This document shows positions 52,479 through 61,897 of a DNA stretch of 64,000 nucleotides, in pieces. Within the stretch, counting starts at the first letter, position 1; the number at the start of each line of letters is the position of its first letter. This DNA is from an uncultured Actinomycetota bacterium (GTDB lineage Bacteria > Actinomycetota > Actinomycetes > Mycobacteriales > Pseudonocardiaceae), in assembly GCA_963849235.1 (NCBI GenBank), contig CAWKGY010000011.1, positions 30,606 to 94,605 of the forward strand, read 5' to 3'. A model generated the notes under the pieces. It was not told the DNA's origin. It ran no database searches and worked only from the letters and a program-made list of their open reading frames with translations. Made by a program: the position numbers and the translations under genes.

Positions 52479-53081
52479 TCAGGGGGTGGCCGCCCGGAGG
52501 GCCGCGTCGAGCGCCGTCGTGAGGGTGTCCAGGTACGCGTCGTCGCCGGTGCCGTTCATGATCAGCATCCGGAAGATCAGTGGTGCGATCAGGAGGTCCA
52601 GGGCGAGCTCCATGTCGAGCCCGGCGGGGAGCTCGCCGCGGTCGATCGCGGCCTGGAGCACGGTCTGGGCCGCCGCACGCCGCGGTGCGGCCACACCCGA
52701 CCGGAGCACCTCGGCGAGATCGCTCGACTGCCGGACCTCGGCCAGCAGGGCGGGCCCGACGCTGCTGACCACCGGATGGGCGAGCTGGCCACGGTAGGTG
52801 CCGAGGAGCTCGCGCAGGTCGGTCCGCAGGGCGCCGGTGTCCGGGATCGGCGGCAGCGTGTCCTCGACGGCGGCCCGGATCAGCTCGCTGAGCATCTCCC
52901 GCTTGGACGACCAGCGTCGGTAGAGGGCGGCCTTGCCGACTCCGGCGCGCCGGGCGACCCCTTCCATCGACAGCCGGGCGTAGCCGGCCTCGGCCAGCTC
53001 GGCGAAGGTCGCCTCGGTGATCGCGTCGGTGACGCGCGGGCGCAGGGCCGCGCCGCCGGTCGCCGTCCGTTCGGTGCTGAT
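52479..53081 (-). CDS. TetR family regulator; apparent start codon is ATC (see findings)
   Basis: GYARLSMEGVARRAGVGKAALYRRWSSK, PDTGALRTDL. Confidence 0.8.
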   Translation of the reverse strand: MSTERTATGGAALRPRVTDAITEATFAELAEAGYARLSMEGVARRAGVGKAALYRRWSSKREMLSELIRAAVEDTLPPIPDTGALRTDLRELLGTYRGQLAHPVVSSVGPALLAEVRQSSDLAEVLRSGVAAPRRAAAQTVLQAAIDRGELPAGLDMELALDLLIAPLIFRMLIMNGTGDDAYLDTLTTALDAALRAATP

Positions 53082-53100
53082 CCGCCGAGCATAGCCCAGA

Positions 53101-53168
53101 CGGAACGGTGGCGTCTCGTTTCGCGGGCTGCTAGCGTCGTGCATTCGGAACGGAACCGTCTCGTTCCG
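53101..53168. promoter_or_regulatory. Two 23-bp palindromic operators in the divergent TetR/hydrolase promoter
   Basis: CGGAACGGTGGCGTCTCGTTTCG (53101-53123) and CGGAACGGAACCGTCTCGTTCCG (53146-53168). Confidence 0.75.
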
Positions 53169-53192
53169 ATTTTGCCGAAAGGCGGCTGCACC

Positions 53193-54392
53193 ATGAAGTT
53201 CCTCTACGACGACGAGTCCTTCTCCTTCGAGGCCCTGCGGGCCGCGGGCTACGCCACCTACGCCGGGGCGGAGCTCGGCGAGGTGCTGGTGACGTGCCGG
53301 GACATCCCGGAGGGCGACGAGGAGGGGTGGTCGGCCCGGTGGGGCGCGACCGCGGCACGGGTCGAGCGCATCGGCCGGGACGCGCTGGGCGCCGGGCACC
53401 GCGTCAGTGCGCGGGAGGCGCTGCTGCGGGCGTCGAACTACTACCGGACCGCCGACTTCTACCGGCGCGAGGACCCGGCGAACGACGCCGAGTCGGCCCG
53501 GCTGGCACGGGCCTCCCAGCAGACCTTCGCGGACGCGGCGGCCCTGCTCGACGTCCCGGCCCAGGCGGTCCGCATCCCCTACGAGGACACGTCGCTACCC
53601 GGGTACCTCTTCCTCGCCGACGACTCGGGTGAGCCGCGCCCGACGGTGCTCTACCACGGCGGGTACGACTCCACGCTCGAGGAGGACTACCTCGCCATCG
53701 CCGCGGGAGCGCTGCGACGCGGCTACCACGTCCTCGCCGTCGACGGTCCCGGTCAGGGAAGCACCGTGCGGAACCAGGGACTGCACTTCCGGCCGGACTG
53801 GGAGGCCGTGGTCACCCCCATGGTCGACGTCGCGCTCTCCCGGCCCGAGGTCGACCCGGACCGGCTCGTGCTCGTCGGCACCAGCCTCGGCGGGTACCTC
53901 GCGGCGCGGGCCGCGGCGTTCGAGCACCGGATCGCCGCCTGCGTCCTGCACGACGGCGTCTACGACTTCCACCACACCGTCGCCGCGATCGTCGGGGCGG
54001 CGGCCGGGATCCCGGGCGGTCTGGAGACCCTGATGGCGCAGAACATCTCGGTGCGCTGGGCGGTCCGCAACGGCCGGTGGACCTTCGGGGTCGACGACGC
54101 CGACGCGCTCGTCGCGGCGACCGAGGCGTACACGCTGGAGGGGATCGCCGACCGGATCACCTGCCCGACCCTCGTGCTGGAGGCCGAGAACGACCAGTTC
54201 TTCGCGGGTCAGCCGGAGCGTGTCCTCGAGGCGCTGACCTGCCCGAAGACCCTGATCACGTTCCGCGAGGACGAGGGCGGCGGCGAGCACTGCCACGAGG
54301 GTGCGATCGCCCTCTGGCACCAGCGCGCCTTCGACTGGCTCGACACCGTCTTCGCCGGCTCCGCCCCGACCGCGGAGCTCGTCGGCGCGTAG
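53193..54392 (+). CDS. Alpha/beta hydrolase (FrsA / 2,6-dihydroxypseudooxynicotine hydrolase-like)
   Basis: RASNYYR, GGYDS, DGPGQG, GTSLGG, EHCH.G. Confidence 0.88.
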   Translation: MKFLYDDESFSFEALRAAGYATYAGAELGEVLVTCRDIPEGDEEGWSARWGATAARVERIGRDALGAGHRVSAREALLRASNYYRTADFYRREDPANDAESARLARASQQTFADAAALLDVPAQAVRIPYEDTSLPGYLFLADDSGEPRPTVLYHGGYDSTLEEDYLAIAAGALRRGYHVLAVDGPGQGSTVRNQGLHFRPDWEAVVTPMVDVALSRPEVDPDRLVLVGTSLGGYLAARAAAFEHRIAACVLHDGVYDFHHTVAAIVGAAAGIPGGLETLMAQNISVRWAVRNGRWTFGVDDADALVAATEAYTLEGIADRITCPTLVLEAENDQFFAGQPERVLEALTCPKTLITFREDEGGGEHCHEGAIALWHQRAFDWLDTVFAGSAPTAELVGA

Positions 54393-54411
54393 TTCTGCGA
54401 AGGTCTCCGTC

Positions 54412-54900
54412 GTGTCCTCTCCTCCCGGCGGCTGGCTGGACGACGATCAGCAGCGGGCGTGGCTCGCGTTCATGCGGCTGCAGCTGCGGATGGCCTACGA
54501 GATGAATCGCCAGCTGCAGGCCGAGACCGCGCTCTCGCTGCCCGACTACCACGTCCTCAACGCCCTGGCCGACGCCCCGGACGCGTCGATGTCGGTGACG
54601 GCGCTGGCCACGGTGATCGGGTGGGAGCGCAGCCGGACGTCGCACCACGCCAAGCGGATGGCTGCCCGGGGGCTGGTGGCCATGACGCCCGCCGCGCAGG
54701 ACCGGCGGGTCACCGAGGTGACGCTGACCGCGGGTGGGCGGGCCGCGCTCACCGCGGCCGCGCCCGGGCACGTCGAGCTGGTGCGCCGGCTGTTCTTCGA
54801 GGGTCTGGACCCGGAGGTCGTGCGCCGGCTGGGCGAGACCCTGGAGACCGTCCACGAGAACGTCCGGCGACAGGGGACGCTGGCTCCGGGTATAACGTGA
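54412..54900 (+). CDS. MarR family regulator
   Basis: WLDDDQQRAW, WERSRTSH, DRR.T.V.LT..G. Confidence 0.88.
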   Translation: MSSPPGGWLDDDQQRAWLAFMRLQLRMAYEMNRQLQAETALSLPDYHVLNALADAPDASMSVTALATVIGWERSRTSHHAKRMAARGLVAMTPAAQDRRVTEVTLTAGGRAALTAAAPGHVELVRRLFFEGLDPEVVRRLGETLETVHENVRRQGTLAPGIT

Positions 54901-54910
54901 CATGTCACGT
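54895..54910. promoter_or_regulatory. Perfect 16-bp palindrome, probable MarR operator
   Basis: ACGTGACATGTCACGT. It overlaps the marR stop codon and a TATAAC hexamer at 54891. Confidence 0.7.
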
Positions 54911-54931
54911 AGTCCCCAGCGAGGAGACCCG

Positions 54932-55834
54932 ATGTCCCGTGCGGTGACCATCTCCGGCTACGGACCCCCGTCGGTCCTGCACCTCGACGACGTCGAGATC
55001 GGCCGGCCGGGCCCGCGGCAGGTCCGGGTCGCCGTGCGCCACGCGGGGGTCGGGCCGACCGACCTGGCCGTCCGGGCCGGGCACCTCGACGCGGTCTTCC
55101 CGGTGAAGCCGGGCGGCGTCATCGGGTTCGAGGCGGCAGGCACGGTCGACGCCGTCGGCGACGAGGTCGGCGACGTCGCGGTGGGCGACGAGGTGGCGGT
55201 GCACCTGCCGAGCTCGCTCGGGGGCTACGCGGAGCTGGTCCTCGCCGACTTCTGGGCGCCCAAGCCGTCGACGGTGTCGTGGGCGGTCGCCGCGGCGTTC
55301 CCCGCGTCCGGCGAGGCGGCGGTCCGCGGGCTGACGCAGCTGGGCCTGCGGGCGGGCGAGACGCTGCTGCTCCTCGGCGGGAACGGGTCGGTCGGGGCGA
55401 TCGCGACCCAGCTCGCCGTCGCCCGCGGCGCCACGGTGATCACGACGGTGCGCCCGGACGACTTCGCCGAGGTCAGCGCACGGGGCGCCACCCCGGTCGA
55501 CTACCACCGGCCGCTGCGCGAGGCCGTCCCCTCCCCCGTCGACGCCGTCCTGGACGCCTCGGGGCGCAGCGACCTCCCGGCGGCGGTCGCCCTGGCCGGC
55601 GGGGCGGCACGCGTCCTGAGCCTGTCGGACCCGCGGGCCGGCGAGTACGGCGTCACCCTCTCCGCCCCGGACCCGGCCACGATCCCGGCCGCCCTCGCCG
55701 AGGCCACGGACGCGCTCGCGTCCGGCGCCCTGACGGTGCGCGAGCCGACGGTCGTCCCGCTCGCCGAGGCCGCCGACGTCCACACCCAGCTCGAGGCCGG
55801 GACGCTGCGCGGGAAGATCGTCCTGGAGCCCTAG
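54932..55834 (+). CDS. NADP-dependent MDR/quinone oxidoreductase
   Basis: G.EAAG.V..VG..V..VAVGDEV, GGNGSVG, RGKIVL. GAGGAG RBS. Confidence 0.88.
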   Translation: MSRAVTISGYGPPSVLHLDDVEIGRPGPRQVRVAVRHAGVGPTDLAVRAGHLDAVFPVKPGGVIGFEAAGTVDAVGDEVGDVAVGDEVAVHLPSSLGGYAELVLADFWAPKPSTVSWAVAAAFPASGEAAVRGLTQLGLRAGETLLLLGGNGSVGAIATQLAVARGATVITTVRPDDFAEVSARGATPVDYHRPLREAVPSPVDAVLDASGRSDLPAAVALAGGAARVLSLSDPRAGEYGVTLSAPDPATIPAALAEATDALASGALTVREPTVVPLAEAADVHTQLEAGTLRGKIVLEP

Positions 55835-55868
55835 GAGCCGGCGGGGTCGTCCTGGCACAGTCGCCGAC

Positions 55869-56804
55869 ATGCCGTCGGAGGACCTGCCGGGCTGGCTGCC
55901 GGGCTGGTGCGCGGACCGGCTGGGCCAGGAACCGGTCGGCGTGCTGTTCGCGCTGCGGCAGATCTCGGCGGTGTTCGGGCTCCGCCTGGCCGACGGGCGC
56001 GAGGTCGTGGTCAAGGCCCGCGACGACGACGGCCGGGCGGCGTCCTGCATCACGGCGCAGGCACGGCTGGCCGAGCGGGGATTCCCGTGCGCCCGGCCGC
56101 TCACGGAGGTCGTCGACGTCGGCGGTCTGGCGGTCCACGCGGAGCAGTACCGGCCGGGGGGCGAGGTGCTGCGCGGCGATTCGCCGGCGGTCGCCGCACG
56201 CTACGCGGCGGTGTTCGCCCGGCTGATGTCCGACCTGGCCGACGTGACGGTGGCGCCGCCGCTGCCCAACCCGCGCTGGGTGCGGTGGGACCACACCGAT
56301 CCCGGGCTCTGGCCGGCGATCGCCGAGCTCGACGAGTGCGACCAGCGTGCGGTGCCCGACGCCGTCGTCGGGACCGCGACACGGGCCCGCAGGCGGCTGC
56401 TGGCCGCCGACCTGCCCCCGGTCCTGGGCCACGCCGACTTCGAGGCGCAGAACCTGCGCTGGCTCGACACGGAGATCCGGGCCGTGCACGACTGGGACAG
56501 CCTGGCCTGGCAACCGGAGGCGGCGCTGGTCGGCGCGGCGTTCGGGTCGTTCCCCAGCGCCCGCCCACCCACCCTGGCCCCGATCGAGAGCTCGGCCGCG
56601 TTCCTGGCGACCTACCAGGAGCTCCGGGGACGCCGATTCACCGAACCGGAGCAGGAGATCGCCTGGGCGGCGAGCCTGTGGCCTGCCGTGCACAGCGCCC
56701 GCTGGGAGGCACTCCACGGCCAGAAGTTCCTCCTGGAGGACGTGCTGCACGTCCAGGCCGACGAGCGTCTGCGCCGGGCCGGCGCGTCGGCGGTCAGTAG
56801 CTGA
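55869..56804 (+). CDS. Aminoglycoside phosphotransferase-like (APH/ChoK fold) kinase
   Basis: VVVK, Brenner motif GHADFEAQN, HDWD. Confidence 0.8.
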   Translation: MPSEDLPGWLPGWCADRLGQEPVGVLFALRQISAVFGLRLADGREVVVKARDDDGRAASCITAQARLAERGFPCARPLTEVVDVGGLAVHAEQYRPGGEVLRGDSPAVAARYAAVFARLMSDLADVTVAPPLPNPRWVRWDHTDPGLWPAIAELDECDQRAVPDAVVGTATRARRRLLAADLPPVLGHADFEAQNLRWLDTEIRAVHDWDSLAWQPEAALVGAAFGSFPSARPPTLAPIESSAAFLATYQELRGRRFTEPEQEIAWAASLWPAVHSARWEALHGQKFLLEDVLHVQADERLRRAGASAVSS

Positions 56805-57162
56805 AGGTCGTCGCGCCCTCGTCGCCGATCCACTGCCACATCGGCACGGTGCCCTGCAGTTCCGCGCCGGCGATGAGCGAGTCCTCGTCGAGCTTCTTGG
56901 CGTGGAAACAGATCGGGCAGACGAAGTACTGCCCGCCGGCCGCCTGGTACCGCTTCACCAGCTCGGCCAACGGTGGGCAGCCCTCGCAGGCGATGCCCGT
57001 CGCGGTTCCGCCGACGGCCAGCCGGACGGCCTCCTTGGTGAGGAACATCCGGGTGGGTCGCCCGGTCTCGGCGGCCCCGACGGCCACGAGGAAGGCGACG
57101 GTCACCTTCTCCGCGTCCTCCAAGCCGGTGGTCAGACTCACGACGGCCTTGTTCGACATCAT
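56794..57162 (-). CDS. DsrE family protein
   Basis: MFLTKEAVRLA, CEGC, VCPIC. GGGAGG RBS. Confidence 0.85.
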   Translation of the reverse strand: MMSNKAVVSLTTGLEDAEKVTVAFLVAVGAAETGRPTRMFLTKEAVRLAVGGTATGIACEGCPPLAELVKRYQAAGGQYFVCPICFHAKKLDEDSLIAGAELQGTVPMWQWIGDEGATTFSY

Positions 57163-57276
57163 GTCCTCCCGATCGATTCGACGACGACGGAGCCGCCACG
57201 TGCGGGGCGGGGAAACGGCGTCGTTCGTGGAATCCACGCTAGGAACGGCGACGAACGGCGTCGTCCGGAGTTCTCC

Positions 57277-58848
57277 CTACGGTTCGAGGGGCTCGAGGCT
57301 GTCCAGGAGCCCCAGTTGGACGGCCGCGAGGGCCGCTCCGGACCGGGTCGACACCCCGGTCTTGGCGTAGATGCGCTCGATGAAGGTGCCCGCCGTCTTC
57401 GGGGTGATGCCCAAGCGGCGCGCGACCTGACGGGTCGACCCACCCCGGGCGATCAGGACGAAGACCTCGACCTCGCGGGGCGTGAGCCCCGCCGGTCCCC
57501 GCCGCCGACGCGGCCGGGCGGCGCCCGCCGCCGTGAGCACCGCGTCGACCGCGTCGGCGGCGAGCCGCCCGGCTCGCACGTCCTGGCGCAGGGCGGCCGT
57601 GGCGGCGCGCGCGGACAGGGCCGGCCGGTGCGGGCGCGGTTCGGTCATGGCCTGGTAGGCGTCGGCCGCCCCGAGGATGCGCCCCGTCGCCGGCAGCGCC
57701 GACCCCGCCAGCCCCCGGTGGTACCCGGACCCGTCGAGGCGTTCGTGCCCGAGGCTGGCGATCGCCGCGAGCCGGGCCAGCGCGGGCGGGCGGGCCAGCA
57801 CCCGTTCCGTGTAGTACGAGTGCGCGCGGATCCGCTCGCTCTCGGTCGCCGTGAGCGGTCCGGGCTTGTCCAGGATCGAGGCGGGGACGCCGTGCAGGCC
57901 GACGTCGTGCAGCAGCCCGGCCCGCCGCACGGCCTCGACGTCAGCGGCCGGGAGCCCGGCGAGCTCCGCCGCCGTCCCGGCCAGCCGGGCCACCGCGCGC
58001 GAGTGCCCGGCCCGGTAGGAGGAGCGGAGATCGGTGAAGTCGGCGACGACCTCGAGGGCGGCCTCGAGGCCGGAGGCGTCGAGCGGCGTCCGCAGGAGCG
58101 GGTCCGCCGCGACCAGGGCCGCGAGGTCCGGCACGTCCCCGAGCTCGGCGAACAGCTCCGGGGCGACCGAGCAGAAGACGTCGACGACCGCCGGGTCGAA
58201 CTTGGTGCCGCTCCTCGCCCGGGCCACCCCGATCGCGGCGTCGACGCCCGCCGTCCGGTGGAAGACCTCGACGACGTCGGCGACGTGCACCAGCCGCATC
58301 GTCAGCGCGAGGTCGTCGCCCCCCACGCCGTCGGGGACGCCCGTGCCGTCCCACCGGCAGAAGAACTGCCGGAGCCCCTCGCCCACCCGCGGCCCGAGCC
58401 CCAGCCGGTCGGCCATCACCGAGGTCGACACGCAGTGCGAGGCGAGTCCGCGCTCGATGCCCTTCGCCCCGGTGGCCACGAGGGTCGTCGCCAGGCGGAG
58501 CCGGTCCCACGCCGAGTGCCCCGCCCCGGCGTGCCGGACCATGAACGCGAGCGCGGGCAGCCCGGCGAAGTCCACGCCGAAGCTGTCGGCGCGGAAGGCG
58601 ATGTCGTCGCCGAACCAGCTCGCCACCTCGGGGGTGTCGGCCACGCACCCGACCCACGCCAGGACGGCGACGTAGTACAGGTCCGCGCGCTCGGCGTCGT
58701 CGAGCCCGATCCGCTCGCCGAGACGCGCGGCGATCCACCAGGAGCGCAGGACGTGCTCCATCGGCTGCCCCAGGCCGAGGTCGGTGGCCAGCGAGAACGC
58801 CCCGAGCAGGTCGGCGAGGCTGACGCCGGCATCCCGGTCCGGGCCCAT
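57277..58848 (-). CDS. HD-GYP-like domains + LuxR HTH regulator (leaderless)
   Basis: ATDLGLGQPMEH, RWDG.G.P.G, LLHDVG, HERLDGSGY, LTPREVEV. TATGCT-N6-ATG. Confidence 0.9.
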   Translation of the reverse strand: MGPDRDAGVSLADLLGAFSLATDLGLGQPMEHVLRSWWIAARLGERIGLDDAERADLYYVAVLAWVGCVADTPEVASWFGDDIAFRADSFGVDFAGLPALAFMVRHAGAGHSAWDRLRLATTLVATGAKGIERGLASHCVSTSVMADRLGLGPRVGEGLRQFFCRWDGTGVPDGVGGDDLALTMRLVHVADVVEVFHRTAGVDAAIGVARARSGTKFDPAVVDVFCSVAPELFAELGDVPDLAALVAADPLLRTPLDASGLEAALEVVADFTDLRSSYRAGHSRAVARLAGTAAELAGLPAADVEAVRRAGLLHDVGLHGVPASILDKPGPLTATESERIRAHSYYTERVLARPPALARLAAIASLGHERLDGSGYHRGLAGSALPATGRILGAADAYQAMTEPRPHRPALSARAATAALRQDVRAGRLAADAVDAVLTAAGAARPRRRRGPAGLTPREVEVFVLIARGGSTRQVARRLGITPKTAGTFIERIYAKTGVSTRSGAALAAVQLGLLDSLEPLEP

Positions 58849-58912
58849 GCGGGGAGCATAGGAGCGGGAACCGGTCGGTTCGCGAGGATTTCCCGTACCG
58901 CCGAGCCGAGGC

Positions 58913-59782
58913 TCACGCCTGGGCGGGCTCGGTCCTCGGGCTCGCGGGCGTCCCCCCGGTGTCGGACGCCGAGCGGGCGGCCCGCTCGGCCAGGGCCCCG
59001 AACACGAGGCCCAGCAGACCCCACATGATCACCTGGGCCGCGACGGAGGACAGCCGGAACGAGTACAGCAGGTCGGCGTCGAAGCCCGGGAACACGAGGT
59101 GGCCCGCGGCGTCGCGCAGCGGCTGCGGCGTCTCGGTGGCGGACGGGCCGTAGGTCGCGACGTTCGCCGCGAGCTCCCCGAGCGAGGGCAGCACGGCCAT
59201 GAGGATCCCTGCCAGCACGAGGTACACCGCCCCGCCGACGAGTGCGGCGTTCCAGCCGCCGAGCCGCGCCGAGAGCCGGCGCGCCACGAGCGTCGCCACC
59301 ACGAGGAAGACCACCGACCCGACGACCATCACGAGGAAGAGCCCCGACCGGTCCCCGATCGTCTCCTCGTGCCCGACGGCGGGCGGGTTGGCCGGGTACT
59401 TCACGAAGGGCGTCGCGTCGAGGGTGAGGAACCCGGCGCCCGCGAGGGCCAGGGCCAGCACGCGCGGCCGCCACGTCACCCGGCCCTGCAGCACCGTGTA
59501 CACGACTGCGAAGAGCAGGCCGAGCGCCACGCCGGCGAGGATCATCCCGACGCCGATGCCGAGGTTGGCCTGGACCGTGCGACTGAAGATGTCCGGGCCG
59601 CCCGGGGGTGCCGGGATGCCTGCCGCCGCGTCGAGGGCGTCCTGGGCGTCGTCGCGGTCGCTCTCGTAGTCGATCGCCTGCTGGATCAGCGGCTCGGCGA
59701 CGACGCGGGCGAAGCCGAACGCGACGAGGCCGCCGATCCCTCCCGCGAGCGCCGCCCGCGGGATGACCTGCTTGGCGTGCAT
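58913..59782 (-). CDS. cbtA: CbtA family putative cobalt transporter subunit
   Basis: EP.I..AI.YE, FSR.VQ, KYPANPPAVG, FRL.S. TGATG coupling to cbtB. Confidence 0.88.
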   Translation of the reverse strand: MHAKQVIPRAALAGGIGGLVAFGFARVVAEPLIQQAIDYESDRDDAQDALDAAAGIPAPPGGPDIFSRTVQANLGIGVGMILAGVALGLLFAVVYTVLQGRVTWRPRVLALALAGAGFLTLDATPFVKYPANPPAVGHEETIGDRSGLFLVMVVGSVVFLVVATLVARRLSARLGGWNAALVGGAVYLVLAGILMAVLPSLGELAANVATYGPSATETPQPLRDAAGHLVFPGFDADLLYSFRLSSVAAQVIMWGLLGLVFGALAERAARSASDTGGTPASPRTEPAQA

Positions 59783-59994
59783 CAGTGGCACGGGAAGCCC
59801 AGGAAGTGCCGCGAGTCGTGGACGAACTCGTGGATGACCATGGTGTTGCCGAACAGCGACGTCGCGCCCTCGTCGAACCCGATGACGTAGAAGAGCAGCA
59901 GCCCGACGACCAGGGATCCGATCAGGTAGGGCATGTTGCCGACCGCGGTGGTCGCGGTGGCACGGGCACGCGCCGTGGCGCCGGCAGTCGTCAC
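59782..59994 (-). CDS. cbtB: CbtB family subunit
   Basis: One TM helix and C-terminal HEFVHDSRHFLGFPCH. Confidence 0.92.
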   Translation of the reverse strand: MTTAGATARARATATTAVGNMPYLIGSLVVGLLLFYVIGFDEGATSLFGNTMVIHEFVHDSRHFLGFPCH

Positions 59995-60085
59995 AGGAAG
60001 TCCTCTCACGCGGGCTCGACCGCCGAGGACGATACGGAGCGCCGCCTCAACGGTGCAATACCTGAGCAGATAATGAGGTAACGGA

Positions 60086-61897
60086 TCATCTCACCACGAC
60101 GGCGGGCCGCCAGCCCCGCAGCGAGCTGAGCACCGCGATCGCGTCGGCCCGCTCCAGGTCCGTCGGGTACAGCACCCGCTCGACGAGGTCCCCCCGTTCC
60201 AGGTGCACCGCCCGGCCCACGCCCGGCAGGGCACCGCCGCCGAGGGGCGGGGTGCACCACCGGCCGTCGAGGCGCACCGCGAGCGACGCGATCGTCGTCT
60301 CGGTGAGCTCGCCGTCGGTGTTGACGAGCACGACGTCGTCGGCCTCGGGGTGGACCCGACGGGCGGCGGCGAGGCGCCGGGCGTAGGGCTCGCGGTCGGT
60401 CGTCTTGTGGTGCGGCCAGGTGGCGGACGCGTCGACCGGGTCGGAGCACAGCGGTGGCGCGAGCCGGACGGGGCCCGCGTCGTCGGGCAGCGGCGCCAGG
60501 GTGACCTCGACGGTCCCGTCCCGGCACAGCACCACCCGCACGCGCGCGTCCCGGACCCCGGCCAGGCGTGCGTCGACGGTCGGGCGCACCGCCGTGTCGT
60601 CCAGCCCGAGGAACGCGGCGGAGTCGGCGAGCCGGGCGAGGTGGCGCTCCCGGTGCGGCGCGCACCCGTCCCGCACCGCGAACGTCTCGAGCAACCCGCC
60701 GCGCAGGGCTCGGTGGGTGAGCACCCTGGTCTTCGTCCGGGTCTCGGCGTGCTCGGCGGCCGCATCCGAGTCCCAGGTGATGCCGCCGCCGGTGCCGTAG
60801 ACGGCGTGCGCGACGCCCGGCGGTGCGCCCGGCGGGGCCCGGTCCACGACCGCCGTGCGGATCGCCACGGAGAACTGCACGTCCGGCACGCCCGTGCCGT
60901 GTCCCGGGGGCGCGACCCACCCGAGCGCGCCGCAGTAGATCCCGCGCGGGTCGTCCTCGACCGCGGCGATCAGCCGCATCGTCGAGCCCTTCGGCGCGCC
61001 GGTCACCGACCCGCAGGGGAAGAGCGCCCGCATCAGCGCGAGTACCCCGGTGCCCGGGCAGGCCGTCGCGGTGATCTCGCTGGTCAGCTGCCAGACGGTC
61101 TCGTAGCGCTCCACCGCGCACAGCGACCCCACCCGCACCGTCCCGGCCACCGCGACGCGCCCGACGTCGTTGCGCAGCAGGTCGACGATCATGACGTTCT
61201 CGGCGCGCTCCTTGGGATCCGCCCGCAGCCGCGCGGCGATCGCGCGGTCCTCGGCGGTGGTGCGCCCGCGGGCCGCCGTCCCCTTCATGGGTCGGACGGT
61301 GAGGGTGTCGCCGGTGCGGCGGACGAAGAGCTCCGGGCTCGCGCTGACCACCACGAAGCGGCCCTCGTCGAGCAGCGCATGGTGGGCACCGCGCTGGGCG
61401 TGGGCGAGGTCGGCGTAGAGCCCGGCGAGGTCCGGGTCGGCCGCGAGGTCGAGCACGCCGTCGACGCGGTCGGTGAGGTTGGTCTGGTAGGTCAGCCCGG
61501 CGGCGATGTGCTCGTGGACCCGCGCGACGCGCGCGGCGTGCCCGGCCGGGCCGGCGACGGCGTCGCGGGGCGTCCACCGCCCGGTCGGTGCCCCGGCGGG
61601 CGCCACCGCCGGGACCGCGGTCGGCGGGCTGCGGGTCAACCCGAACCAGGCGAGCGGGGGCCCGTGGGGCTCCGGGTCGTGGGTGACGAGGTGCGGGTCG
61701 AGCCCGGGCGCGGCCTCGTAGGCGAGGTGGCCGTAGGCCCACGCCCCGGCGGCGGTCGCCGCGTCGATCCCGGCGAGCACGCCGGCGACCTCGTCGGGGC
61801 GGGTGGCGACCAGGACCTCGTCCGGTGGGTCGAACCGCAGCGCGCGGCCGGCGCGCAGATCGTCGAAGCGGGCGCCACGGCCGACGTCCGGCGTCAC
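60086..61897 (-). CDS. pabB: Aminodeoxychorismate synthase component I fused to ADC lyase (class IV aminotransferase)
   Basis: YQTNLT, SPELF, PMKGT, KERAENVMIVDLLRND, FPCGSVTGAPK, GGGI; C-terminal HKTTDR, TETT, LPGVGR. Confidence 0.92.
   Translation of the reverse strand: MTPDVGRGARFDDLRAGRALRFDPPDEVLVATRPDEVAGVLAGIDAATAAGAWAYGHLAYEAAPGLDPHLVTHDPEPHGPPLAWFGLTRSPPTAVPAVAPAGAPTGRWTPRDAVAGPAGHAARVARVHEHIAAGLTYQTNLTDRVDGVLDLAADPDLAGLYADLAHAQRGAHHALLDEGRFVVVSASPELFVRRTGDTLTVRPMKGTAARGRTTAEDRAIAARLRADPKERAENVMIVDLLRNDVGRVAVAGTVRVGSLCAVERYETVWQLTSEITATACPGTGVLALMRALFPCGSVTGAPKGSTMRLIAAVEDDPRGIYCGALGWVAPPGHGTGVPDVQFSVAIRTAVVDRAPPGAPPGVAHAVYGTGGGITWDSDAAAEHAETRTKTRVLTHRALRGGLLETFAVRDGCAPHRERHLARLADSAAFLGLDDTAVRPTVDARLAGVRDARVRVVLCRDGTVEVTLAPLPDDAGPVRLAPPLCSDPVDASATWPHHKTTDREPYARRLAAARRVHPEADDVVLVNTDGELTETTIASLAVRLDGRWCTPPLGGGALPGVGRAVHLERGDLVERVLYPTDLERADAIAVLSSLRGWRPAVVVR

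Noticed and set aside
51435-53192. Long N-terminal extensions in the ORF track suggesting fusion proteins (985 aa at 51435, 1070 aa at 46859, 676 aa at 28999, and those in the PKS operon)
   Set aside because: The extensions overlap other genes. Downstream starts with an RBS or translational coupling explain the real proteins.
55869-56804. Aminoglycoside resistance gene
   Set aside because: Only the generic APH/choline-kinase motifs are visible, so the substrate cannot be inferred.
59995-60085. Cobalamin riboswitch upstream of cbtB
   Set aside because: The region is too short and lacks the conserved GGGAA..GGTG.AA.TCC core and B12-box.
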